A DNA stretch of 49,833 bases, filler included, from Sphacelaria rigidula (lineage: Eukaryota): NCBI GenBank assembly GCA_964200075.2. It is 3 parts of 3 records of this genome, joined end to end, with 100 filler letters (N's around TTAATTAATTAA, not from the genome) between each part and the next. Parts side by side here need not be neighbours in the genome. Positions count along the whole stretch, not along the records: positions 1 to 16,549 come from CAXNAA020001318.1; 2 more parts are not named here. One strand, written 5' to 3'. Made by a program: the position numbers and the translations under genes. This document shows, piece after piece, positions 1-11,700 of the stretch. Below the pieces are notes generated by a model, which saw only the letters and a program-made list of their open reading frames with translations, made no database searches and was not told the DNA's origin. Numbering within the stretch: position 1 is the first letter of the stretch; every line of letters starts with the position of its first letter.

Positions 1-128
1 CAACTCGTCTGTGTAGATGAGATATTGCGTTTAAAGCTTAAATCCGCTTTTAGGCTGGCCCAGCTCGTACCCCCAAGGGCTCCGGGCGGGCTGTCACCAT
101 CCTCTATTCGCGACCAGGCTCCTCATAC

Positions 129-171
129 CTTGTGGTGTTGACGAAAGCCCGAAGCTTCCGATATCCACCAT
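129..171 (-). CDS. Possible short first exon of a gene running off the left window edge
   Basis: gtcATGG context, MVDIGSFGLSSTPQ, followed by a strong G|GTATGA donor at 128; no homology recognised. Confidence 0.25.
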
Positions 172-1474
172 GACGGAGTTATCAGCGCGAACGAAAACAA
201 ACTCCGCATCAACAGTGCAACACGGCACAACATCACGAATATACGTTGACATGCTGCAAGGGCTTGTGATGCAGGCCCAACCATCTAACCGATCCAACAA
301 CGAAGAACTCGTGAGCTGTCCGTGCTGAACATGAATATCGCTGCAAACAGCGGTTTGTTGGCGGTGAATGGTACATGGATTATTCTATAGATTACTCTGC
401 TTCGCATCACGTCTCCAATTTTCCCATCCTTTCTTACATTGGAATAGAATGGAAAAGGGACATGACAGACAGACGCCTACACAGGTTGCTCCTTTTTCGA
501 AAATATGGAAGCTTTAATCACGGTGACGCGTACGTTCTACTTGTTGAAGCCATGTTCCGCAGTTTCAATTATCTCGAGTATCTCGAGCTCAGACAGGAGG
601 TCATCGTGGGAAGAGGCTTGGGCACTGTTAGCTTCAATAGCTCGCTTCACGGTTGGCGGTGAGTGACACATGAAATATTATACCATACATGTGTACAAAA
701 TAGATCGTGCACCAGATGAGAATCCATACGCGAAAGGTACAAAACAATAACCCAGATCATGCACCGCAGCCATTCACGCGGTGGGCCCTAATGGAAACCG
801 CATGGCCCCGACTAAAATCATCATCATGCGTGTCATGGGTAAAGTTTGGATATTACGCTTGCTATTGTAGCTAACCTACACGCGGAACACACCGAATGGG
901 GCAGAACGCACCCTCCAGCTAAAATGTACCCATCTCACCAAATTACGCAAAACAAACATCGTCGAAGAAAAAAACAGAGCGACAGAGGCTCTTGGAGGCG
1001 CAGAAAAACCAAGCAGCGTCACAACGTGTTGTGATAGCGTTCTCACGACCTCTGCGGCAGCGTCACATATACAACCGCAAGTCTAATACCAACGTGACCA
1101 GAGTTAATACTTGTCTGTGCTCACCGAATCTTAATCTGATTGCTTCTCCCTTTCACTTCATCGCCACCACATCACCTCCTTTCAATCGTGCCCCTTTTCG
1201 ACTTCCAAAATGCCAAACTACTGCTGCGAGAAAATCTTCGAAAACACGAAAACGAATACCAGGAAAAAACACCTCCTGAAGAAATGCCTGACAAAACCGC
1301 CAAGATGTAGAAACGCTCGACAAACGATACAGTGCGAAAAAAAAACAAACTTCGTCTATAATTTGACGGGGAAGAGTACACTTCGGAACTTCAACAACAC
1401 AAGGAACAGAAAAAACCAACGAAAGACGTGACATATACACACACCACACCCTCCTCCACTCTTCACTACCCAAT

Positions 1475-4400
1475 TTAGTCCGTCTTGAGCCCCCCCCCGC
1501 TGGTATCAGTGATGAACTTCGCGTACAGTAGACTGTCAGGCTGCACATCCATGGTTATCGTGGCGTAGATGGCCATGAAGCCAATGAAAGCCATGAACAC
1601 GCCCGTCCACAGGTTCAGCTGGAACTGAGCGATGTCCACCAAGGTCACGTTGCTTTCAGTACTGGTGCTGTTTTCGGCTGGAGAAGAGAGAGACGGGACC
1701 GGGGGGGAAAAACATGAGAGCGGAAGCAAGGTTCCAAGGGTCGAACACAAAAACAATATGCATGAGTCGATGGACAGGTGAGCACGCGCGCCAAAATAAC
1801 AGATTCGAACAAGATCATGCGGGAACCAGAAAGTATGAGAAGAAAAAAATGAAGTGAGGTGAAAGTCGCCGCTCCTGAAAAAATAAAAATAAAATTAGGA
1901 TGACACCGACAACCTACAAATCGTCAGCGGACACTCCTCACTGATGTACGTGATTTTCGATCCAGAGTCATCATCATCTCGCTAAGCGAGTGGACGTGAT
2001 CGATCTCGCCCAATTACTTTGTGAGTTTTCCGTTGGAAAAACCTCCGGAAGCGAACAGATTCAGTGAGAACAACATGTCACGTGAATCAGCCCAAACCAG
2101 ACATGCAAAAAAAGCCTCCCATAGCAGAACACAAGAACCTTGAACGTACTCTGTAGACGGCGACCGCCGTGCGCGAGCTGTTCCCTCAAGTACGGGCCAA
2201 CGACCAGCTGCGAGGTGAGACGCCTTCCGGCAGCGGTAGATATTTGGTTGAACGCTTGAGACAGCGATGCATCTAGCGCTGCAAAAGCGCGGCTGCCCTT
2301 GGTGGAGGTCTCGCCGTAGGTGCTCCTGATGGCCTGAGGCATGGTTACACGCAGAGTAGCAGTTATGATTAGGGTTGGCCCTTGACGGGGGTAGGATGGA
2401 CGTGAATCGCTGCAGAAGTGAAATCAATCTTCATTTTGAAACTTTTCTCGAAATATGACGTCAGGATATGCACACTTCAGCAGCGACAACAAAAAAAGGG
2501 TCAACACAAGGCAACACGTCCTCACACATGACACACGCAACGGCAGATATTTCTTCCGCGTTCAAAGTAATACCAGGACAAGAATGCAGACGTGATTCCA
2601 GGATTGCTTCCTGCAAAACCAAACACGCACCAAACCCACTACACGAGATTTCTATGGGGGGATTATTTTCCGCTTGAGAAAGTAACCCTCAAGACACGAA
2701 CAAGGCAAAGCATGATCGTTGCTTCGGGAGCCATAGTCGTCGAGTATTACGACAACCCACTACTACCCTTTCATGACAAGAGAAACACGAGATGGATGCC
2801 TCACCTTGAGAGAAGAAAGGTACACAATAACCAGAGGAGGGTTTGACTCTCCTCCGAATCGCCCCTCAACCGCCTTGGGAAGGAGCTGTAGGAAGCTGAG
2901 CTCTTGCGCCAAGAGTAAATCGGCCTACGAACAAGTAAGCCAAAAACAAAATCCCAGCAGTAGTAGAGGGAATTACTTGAATGACACGCAGCGAACAAGG
3001 CATAAGTTTTCACCCACCCACGAACACGTGAGGTAAGATACCATACGATAAACATAGCCGGGACGGAATCCGTGGCCGTGCAGCGGGCACGGTAGAGCGT
3101 TGGACATCCACATAGATGAAAAATTAGGGTGGGGAGGGGGGGAACTCGGAGAGGATTGGAGAATCGCGGAGCCAGTACTGATACCATTATGGAAATGAAG
3201 TCCTCTAGGCAAGGTCGGCGTGATGCCTTAGTCGATCCCCTACTGCCTCGCTCTTGTTCGCACGTACCGTATGCAAAAGCAATACGTCGTATAATTCTCG
3301 CACAGGGAATACTTGCCCCTCTCGTGACTCAACTCCGATAAGTGCCGACAATAGGCGCCGCTTCCCGGTGGTCTTACAAATGGTTCAACTGATACCATTA
3401 GGGCTGGGAAAGCGCAGGCTCGACATCCTCCCCCCCCCAGATAAATACAGTTTTCACAGAAATATCTTATTTTCGCCGTTGAAAGCTCAAGAACGTGAGC
3501 AAAGAAAAGAAAAAGTTCCTTTCGCTGAGTTTGATTGACGACAGTCGATGCGGTGCGCGGGGGTATTGATTCAATCCGCCATTATAGCAAAATGTAAGGC
3601 GTGTACCGAGGGAGAGATGGGTCGATCCCTTCAGATCACGGACTCATCCCGAGAAGCGGGGGAAGTTGAAAGTGAGAAAACACAAGAAAAAGACATGGTG
3701 CGGCGGTACCTGTTCTGTGCAGTGACAGAAGACGGAGCCACCTTACGGGAAGCGTACAAGTGTGTATTTTACATGATGTCACCACTGCCAACAAGAGCAG
3801 CAGCAACAAGCGCCGATGACAAGATACTGTCGCGTTTAAGATGCCCTCCCCCCCGCCCCCGCCCCCCGCCTCTCCATTCTGTCACTCATACACAGATCGG
3901 TGGCATTTGTATTTCATGACAACTCTATATTTCAGGGCAAAACAGATCCCACTCGTGCTCCTTCAAACCACTCACCGAACTACCAGGGAAACGCTGTGTT
4001 TCTTGCCCTCACCTCAACTCCAAGGTCAAGCACTATCTCTTGGCCGTCTTCCCCGTCGCCCGCCCCAGTGAATCGTAGCGTTCGTAATCCCGTGGACACA
4101 TCGGACTTGATGCCAGGGCCGAAGGCGGCGCTGTTATCCCAGACTGCGGGGCTTGCTTGCTCGCCGGTGACGATCCACTCGGCGGACAAGCACGCCTCCG
4201 AGTCGACGAGGGCAGGGTCAACCGAGGCGCAAAGCACGCTGCTCTTGCTCTGGACCGATTTGACAACTGTCGGGTTGATTGAGGTCCGGAATGGAGTGAT
4301 ACGAGTAAAATCAGAGGGAGGGGAGGGGGGCGTACTCATTTGTTGCTTGCCTTAGTCGTGTGACCATTGACCACGCATCCCTTTCGAGACGGAGGGGGGG

Positions 4401-7400
4401 GGGAGGAAAGGGCGGTCACATTATGTTCATTATTTGACAATGTAAGTCAGTGAGGATTCTTCGTGTAGTGCGTGTCAATCCCAACTTTTTAAAACACGGG
4501 GTTTTGGCGCATCACGGCCATGTGACTCTCGAGCGCCCTCATCGTGAACGAAGACAAGTGCTCGGTGGTTGGACTCCGCAGGGAAGAGCGAACTCGCTAC
4601 AGGACTCTTCCGTACAGAGATGTGCTCGGGACGACCAACTACGAACGAATTAAGACGACCATTCGCGAGCGCCAACTTTGGTTCGCGGGGGGCCATATTC
4701 GCTCGACGAAACGCACCGTCGAAAGCGCATCATGCTCGGACGGTTAGCTGAACAAGGGCCCCAAGGAGGCTGGTTGGCCGGCGCCCCGGACACTGAGGGG
4801 AGCGCCTCCAAGATAACCTACATGCACTAGGGGCTCTTCGATGCAATGGAGCACGACGGGAATGGTTTGTCTACGGAGAAGAGGTGAAAGAAGCATACGA
4901 TTGGATCATTGCGGGGATGAACATGGGCAGATGGTACCTTGGAGTCGAGAAAGGGGCGCACGAATTTGAGGTGTGGGGACGCGAAGACAAATTGCGATCA
5001 TACCTTCGCCACGAGCGAGAGGCTGCTGCATTGGGAGCCGCCACCACCAACCCAACGACAGCAACAACTCATGAGGAATCCAGGATGGGAACGATCCGAA
5101 GAGTGTCTCGCTTTGTACCCGACTGGGGATAAATGAAGGTTCACAAGGTAAAATGATACGCCGTTGTCCTCTCTTACCAGCCTTTGACTTTTTCCTCGGC
5201 CTGTGATCTAGCGTTGTTCCCTGGTTGTGCTTGTGTAGGTGCTCCCCCGTGTCCTTGGGTTTGATTGTTTCCTTACTTTCCTTTTGTGTGATCTACTCTC
5301 ATATGTCGCAAGTTCTTCTATCTCAGCAATCTATAGTAGCAGTTTGGTGCTCTTATAGGATTCATGGGTGAGAGCTCATGTCGAAATACAACGGTTCGAA
5401 ATAGCTGAACTACAATTTGCTCCCACGGCATTTTTTTTTTGCCCACGGGCTTTTTTCACCTGAACGCACACTGCATGGGCCGGCCATTTCTAGTTATCTT
5501 TCCTTGTTTATTACAGTGGGGGGCTCTCAGCAGTGCCGGTATGTGCCCACCACGGACACCGGCACTACTCTGAAAAGTGCCAAAACAGGTGCAATTGAGG
5601 GCTCTGAATACCTCAGTAGTGCCGGTTCTCGCACTACTGACGACCGGCCGTTCGTACAGTGCCCCGCTTGCACTTCATGGGACCAACGGAAGCACAAAAC
5701 GGACGAGGACCCTTGTTCCAAGGGGTTGCGATAGGATACGCCACGCAAGGTTTCGGAGTAGCAGAACTAAACCCGATTTTTTCTTGTTTTTCACGTTCAA
5801 CTTGATTGATCCTGTTCACAGGTTGATCATTTCCTTCCCTTCTAGCACAACAGCAGCAGTACGGCCACAAAAGTTGCTCCTGCCGAAAGACCTTCCCGAC
5901 AAGAAAAACTAGGACACATCTGCACCCAACGCAACTAAGAAGGTGCGGCATCTGGTGTGGAAAAAAACTCACGAAAGAGTAGGCCGCCCACCAACAGGAT
6001 TGAGCGAGAAAGAATGAACCACACCCCTTTTCACTTCCTACCGGCTACCGAGACAAGGAGAGAGAGAAACAAACGACCTCGAAAAAAAAACACCGATGCA
6101 GCAAACCAGACACGACTCCTCCCGTGGCTGTGCTCGGGCGTAGATGCTACGGGCTACCCGATAACGGCGATAACCGGCACTGTTGAGGGTATAAAACCGT
6201 TCAAACCGGCACTACTGAGGGTAGATCATCTGTCAGAAGTGCCGCCCGGCACCACTGCGAGCTCTGGCTGTGCCCGGAGATTTTACCGGCATTATATAGG
6301 TCGTTGGCACTTTTCAACCGGCACTACTGAAAGCCCCCCCCACTGTAGTTGTTTAATTTTCGTCATTTTCCGTTACTTCCCTTCTCCTTCCTGGCTGCTA
6401 TCGTTTTTTTTCCTTAGTTGGCTCCTTTTCTTCGTTTCATCTCTTTGTTTTTGATTTCAATGTTTTTCAGCGAGCGTTTGCGTTTTGTTTCATCTTGGTA
6501 CATCGGTCTTATCGACCACGACTGGGTCCCTCGTGGATCACTTGATGTGGGACAATCAATCGATCAGTCAATCGATATGGAGAGGACGGACTCCCAGTGG
6601 GAGGAGACATCCGAGTGTAAAATACAACACCAAATGAAGGCAAAAAGGCGGGACTCACCGGGAGATCTGAGCACGACCACAGATGCAGTGAGATGTATAA
6701 TAGCAGGGCTCCAGTCATCGCAATCTCTCGTAGGTACTGTTACTCTTCCCTGTACATAATGCCTCAAGCGCCAAAACACGCCACTACAACGGCTTCACCA
6801 CTTTTACAGCGTAATGAGGCAATCACCAACCAGCCCAGTACACGAGTCTCACGGGAAGACCTCTACTTACCGTCGAAGGAGGTCCCCAGAGTGCTCGTGA
6901 GAGCAGACGTCCAACTGTCCTCGGTGGGCGTCTTGAGGTTGTACCACGGCTGCTGCAGCCACTCTGTCATGAACGGAGTCGACTTAGAGCCTGGAGCCAC
7001 ACGAGAAAGAAGAATGTAAAAGCAGAGGATGCGAGAAGAGACGGATTGCGGGGTGGTGCTGTTGTACATTGTAGCTTGCGTGGCCTGTGGGTGGCGTGGG
7101 CGCAGGTGCGTGGGGTCAGTGCACAGCTGAGAACAACTCCATGCGACACCGCAGCGACGCTGAGGCTATTTTATCCCCTCGTGCACATAAAGCTGGCTGT
7201 ACAGTAGGAGTGGACACCCGGGGTGGCAGGCAGTGAGATGAAAGTGTGAACCGTTTCGAATGAAATTGGGTTTCAATAGCCAAGTACAACTTGAGCGTCG
7301 CATCTTCTAGTTCCTCTCCCGAACGTCTACGGCGAAGCAAACACCTCTTGCGATAGGATAGACACACAATCTGTTGCTGCTAGTAGCCCCAACCAGCTGA

Positions 7401-8376
7401 TGATTACTGGCGGCATGATGACATCGGGTGGAAACAGGGAGGGTGCAAGTTCATTGTAACGCACTTTCGCGCACAACGACAACGACCCTAGTTGGTATCC
7501 TAAACCAGTTAGATCGATGATAGAAACAACACACTTAAATACTGTACGTGGTATATCATACCCCAGGACCCTTCGCTATGGGGCAATGTGCCTCACGCGC
7601 ACAAAGAGACACGCAAATGCGGGATGGGACCTACACTAATCCTGTCGTGAAATCGTGGCGAATCCCACTGCTATCTCGGCTTCGATCACCTACACCTTCC
7701 ATTCTCTGCACAGCACGGGTAACATAAGCAACACTACAACACGGCACAAGACTGTTGACCGAGGTGTGTAGAGCACTCCACGGAAGGGCCCCAGAATTCC
7801 GGGATACCCGACGTATGTATGCATCATCTGATGACTGCAACATCACTTCTTTTGGACGAAAAAAGGGGAAAACACCTCCAGCTACTCCCCGACAAGGAAG
7901 GATTACTCACGCAAGCGCTGCCCCACCAGCGGCAGTAGCTCCTACAATCAAGTACCAAGAAGCTGAATGAATCTCTCTCTCTCTCCCTCTTCATCTCTTT
8001 CTCTCGATCGGTATGTATGTCTCTCACCCTGTGGTCGCAGCCCATCGACGAACACAATAACGTTCCCGTCGGGCCTGTTGAAAATGTCACCCGCGGGCAA
8101 GTCGACACCTGCTTCCGCGCTAGCTCCGCCATCGAGGCTCATTACCCTTGCGATCGCCGAGGACAACACCTCCGGGGTTAGGTACGATGTCGCCTTCCTC
8201 CAGCTTGAGGGTTCATGCATTACCACATCCTCCCCTTCCGATACCCCGTGCTGGGTGAATGCAACCCTCGTTGCGCTGGGAATCGCCCGCTGCTTCGCCG
8301 CGTCTACTACCGATGCTCCGCATCCCGCCAGAAGCACAGCAGTCCCCAGTCGTAGAAGCGTTGTTGTCACCGCCAT
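1475..8376 (-). CDS. ATP6AP2: V-ATPase accessory protein, ATP6AP2/(pro)renin-receptor-like, 6 exons, 409 aa
   Basis: Exons (minus) 8376-8028, 6990-6871, 4266-4013, 2924-2805, 2333-2150 and 1677-1475 all have GT..AG boundaries with matching phases (1,1,0,0,1); total 1230 nt. Protein has a signal peptide (MAVTTTLLRLGTAVLLAGCGASVVDA), GDIFNRPDGNVIVFVDG, DLLLAQELSFL, a dibasic GGRRLQ, one C-terminal TM (FQLNLWTGVFMAFIGFMAIYATI) and tail MDVQPDSLLYAKF...LKTD, resembling the ATP6AP2 D-S/T-L/I-L/I-Y tail. Confidence 0.85.
4490..5130 (+). mobile_element. Decayed RTE-like non-LTR retrotransposon, 3' remnant (intron 2 of the ATP6AP2-like gene)
   Basis: Frameshifted peptide YRTLPYRDVLGTTNYERIKTTIRERQLWFAG resembles the post-RT region of RTE-clade ORFs (I...R.RQL.W/F.GH). 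Confidence 0.6.
5514..6345. mobile_element. Non-autonomous Tc1/mariner-type element (832 bp)
   Basis: TA|CAGTGGGGGGCTCTCAGCAGTGCCGGT ... ACCGGCACTACTGAAAGCCCCCCCCACTG|TA: terminal inverted repeats (TIRs) with TA flanks and many subterminal CCGGCACT motifs. Confidence 0.8.
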
Positions 8377-8701
8377 TTTGGTCTTTGGTGGTGCCTGCTG
8401 TATAATGGATGAGGTAGGGAACAAATCAAATCTTGCCTTTCTTTATTTTGCTGCCCTTTTGTGCAGGATTCGTTCTCTACCTAAATAGGTTACCCTCCAA
8501 TTCGGGCTGGGGTTGTATTCTGTTGCTAATCCTTTTCAGGGTGATGACAATGAGCCGTTCTCACCACAAAAACACATTAGCTTCTGTATTGTGACCCGCG
8601 GTCGAACGCTTGGGGGAAGACTATACTTGTAATAAGGGCGTAGGGAGGGTTCTGCCTCGTGTTGCACGTCGTCCGACTTCAGTTGATTTGAGCCCGCAAC
8701 C
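8377..8701. promoter_or_regulatory. Probable bidirectional promoter and 5' UTRs between the ATP6AP2-like and TMEM14 genes
   Basis: Only 325 bp separate the two divergent ATGs (8376 minus, 8702 plus), and no repeat insertions are visible in the interval. Confidence 0.6.
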
Positions 8702-11700
8702 ATGCACGACTTTTGCTTGACCATCCCATATGGGATGATAATCATGTGCGGTGGAGTAATCGGTTACCTTACGGCGGGATCTACGGCGTCACTGGTTGCA
8801 GGGGTGAGCATTAAACTCTTCACGACATGCTTCCTACAGTTTGCGATCAAATTTCGACATGACAATGTCTGTATACCGTAGGAGTAGTGAAAGATCAGGT
8901 GAGCAAATTACAGACAACAACTGTATACGCGTGAGTACTATGAGCTGTCTACGCCTTTCACTTTACATATTTAATGTACACACTATACTCTCCGTGATTC
9001 CCCGAAAGCACGCTCTGGGGCAGCGCGTAGGATATGGGTTAACGCTTTCGGTCGCTATATGCACCAGGTATTGTACTTTGGCACATCGCATTGCTACATA
9101 AGTTGCAGATGATGGTGAATAACACCCCCAGCTGATGTTGTCAATGCTCGATTTTCTTTGGAGGGGTACCATACCTTGCACTGCCACGCATTGGCGGATC
9201 TTGACCAAATCTTATCCTAAACATTGATTTTTGGTGGATTGAGGCCACCGCATTGTTCGACAGAACGTAGGTCGAAAGCCTATCACCGCGGGTGTTACAC
9301 CCCACCACCTACATTACATCAGTCAAGGTCCTCGTCGTGGGGCAACTGCTTCACTTTTGTTCGGTTTGTGCCTCGTATGACCAACGTGCTTTTCAACTGA
9401 CTTTTCCCACAATTCCTCCATCTGTTCTTCTCGGTGCTCCTACTTTTTTATTTTCCCCCTACTCTCTGCTGCCGCGGGCAGGGTACCAGCGGTGGGATTC
9501 TCACACTCCTTGGATACTGCGGGTAAGTTACCCTACGTAGTGTTGTGTCATATCTCATGCCGTTATGTCGGGTCTTTATCGACTAACCATTGACCCGCCC
9601 GGCGGCCAATCAACGTGCTGCTTTTCGACACCGGTTTCATTCCCCGCTTCATTTTGTCTCGACAAAGGCACGGCCTCATGCAAATCAACTGTTGTTTCGG
9701 GTACATGACGTGTTTTGGCCGGCTACCGGTGACTGTATTCTCTGCATATTCCGGCATACTTTGCCCTACCGCAGCCCGAAATCTTCGAGAAAACACTTGA
9801 ACCGTGCACCTCACCTTTCTGCATATTGTAACTTCTGGAGTGTGTGCTCACAGCATCCGTTTCTTGAGGTCTCGCGTAGGGACATCGGTCTAATGCTGTC
9901 CAGATATCCCAACGCTGCCCCAGAACGTTTGTCAAGACTTGTGGAGGAGCACAAAAATCGTGAATGCAAAGACCCACCCCGGCTACGTACGTACTGTGAA
10001 CGTCTTCCCCATCAAATTGCCTCAGCTCCTCGCTGTTGCTCACGTTGTAGAGCGGCTGCTCCTGCAACTGCTTCTGCGAAGCAGAGCACGTAAAGGACCG
10101 ATCACTCATTTCTTGCCGCCATTGTTGATCCATGTAAAATCGTGAAGAGAAGTAAGGCAGATGTAAAACGAATCATGGTCTGAGGAGATACATTCGGCTC
10201 CTTGTTCTTGAAACAGCGAGGCACATACGACCGCGCAACGCGTAGAACAAGGTTTTCTTGAGATTAAGAGTCGGGTGCGGATTGAGAGTGGCTTTGATCA
10301 GTCGCTTTCGTTGCCAATTTTTCATTCCGTGGGTGCTTTTCTTGGTCTCATCACTACCATGTGCTTGAAGCTACACGTTGATATCCCGCTCAGGGGTATC
10401 GAGGGCCTCAGTGGCGAGCTACTACAGAGTCAGTGGCGAGCTACTACAGAGAGAATATTGGGCCTGGTGGAGTTGCATTTTGAAACTGAAGCGGCTTATT
10501 CACTAATTGACCGCTTTTCACTATCATACCCTCAACTCTCAATTTCACGAAAACGTTTTTACAAATGCTTTGGCGGTAGCGGTACAACACGGCTTCGATG
10601 AATTCCTCATGACTCTAGTGTTTTGCTTGTTGTCATGACATATTTGACGAGATGACCATTTTTCCTTTTTTCTGATTCCGCCCTCTTCCGAAACGTTTGG
10701 CGTTATTCGCGTGCGCCTTTCTTCCTGTCGCTCCTACAATAGGTACTGGGAGTACAAGAGGTACGTGTGCTGGTAATGGACGAGCAACAGGGTTACAGGC
10801 GGAATGTCGTTGGTCGTGCACACCATGCTTCGTGCACCACGATGTGGGCCTTGGAGTGCCTGTGTGTGTTGTGTTGTCAGACCATCTAATCTGGACACCA
10901 GTCTGCGCCTTTCGGTATATGTAGGCGCATTAGCCGGGGTCACACAGGAGGAAGGTCAACACAGGAGAGGAGACTTTTTCCTTTTTCTTCCTTTCTTTTA
11001 GTACTGTACTGCACTGCACTGCCTTCCTTCTGGGGTGCTTACCTTATTTTTTATCGAGAGAGAGATCCAGCGGTCCTTTTTCCCTCGTCGACCGTGGGAT
11101 CGAATTTTGTGTACCCACGAAAAAGTCGCTCTCCACTGTTGGACATGAGTTGAGAAAAATCCTAGAATGTGTGATTTCACCGAGATTCGAACCCACGGCC
11201 CATCCGTCAGAAGGTTTCGAGATTACCAACAGAGCCACCGGGACGACCGGCTATGCCCAAAGGAATCTTACTCTGTATTATGTCGGTGTTACAGCTCTGT
11301 TGTCAAGATTTCGTTTTGGGGTGAAATATGCGGTAACGTAAAACACAAAATTTGAGGGTTGACCGGCAAAGCCCGATAGCCTAGGGTGTTCTGCACTGTA
11401 CAGTGTTTTCACGCTGCTGCTGCGTTTGCTGTAAAACACACACACACACACATTTTTTTTCCGACCCTTGCCCTTCCTCAGGATGAATGCATAGTCTCCA
11501 GACCCCAACCCTCTCTCGCTCAATACCTACCTGCCTGGCCATCCATTTTCGAGCATCGTCGACTTTCCGTTTGTTTTACATTGGATTTGTCGAGCTTGCG
11601 ACCTCGGTAATCACTTCACACCCTGGACAAAATGTGGTCAATAGATGTAATAGACAAAAGATATATTGGGTAAAGTATAGTTTATCCTATTGCAACTGCT

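Noticed and set aside
7395..7440. CTGATGA...GAAA hammerhead-like core
   Set aside because: Stem II cannot form properly and no stems I/III are evident; other CTGATGA hits (7829, and 22659 and 39518 on the minus strand) also fail.
9560..10600. Overlapping 100-170 aa ORFs in TMEM14 intron 2, plus a 22-bp tandem duplication at 10408-10451
   Set aside because: No recognisable motif in any frame; probably a decayed repeat.
11170..11250. tRNA-like box A/box B sequences (also ~24650-24725, ~12815-12878, ~16816)
   Set aside because: No complete cloverleaf is apparent, and each is attached to a repeat body; they are SINE heads, not tRNA genes.
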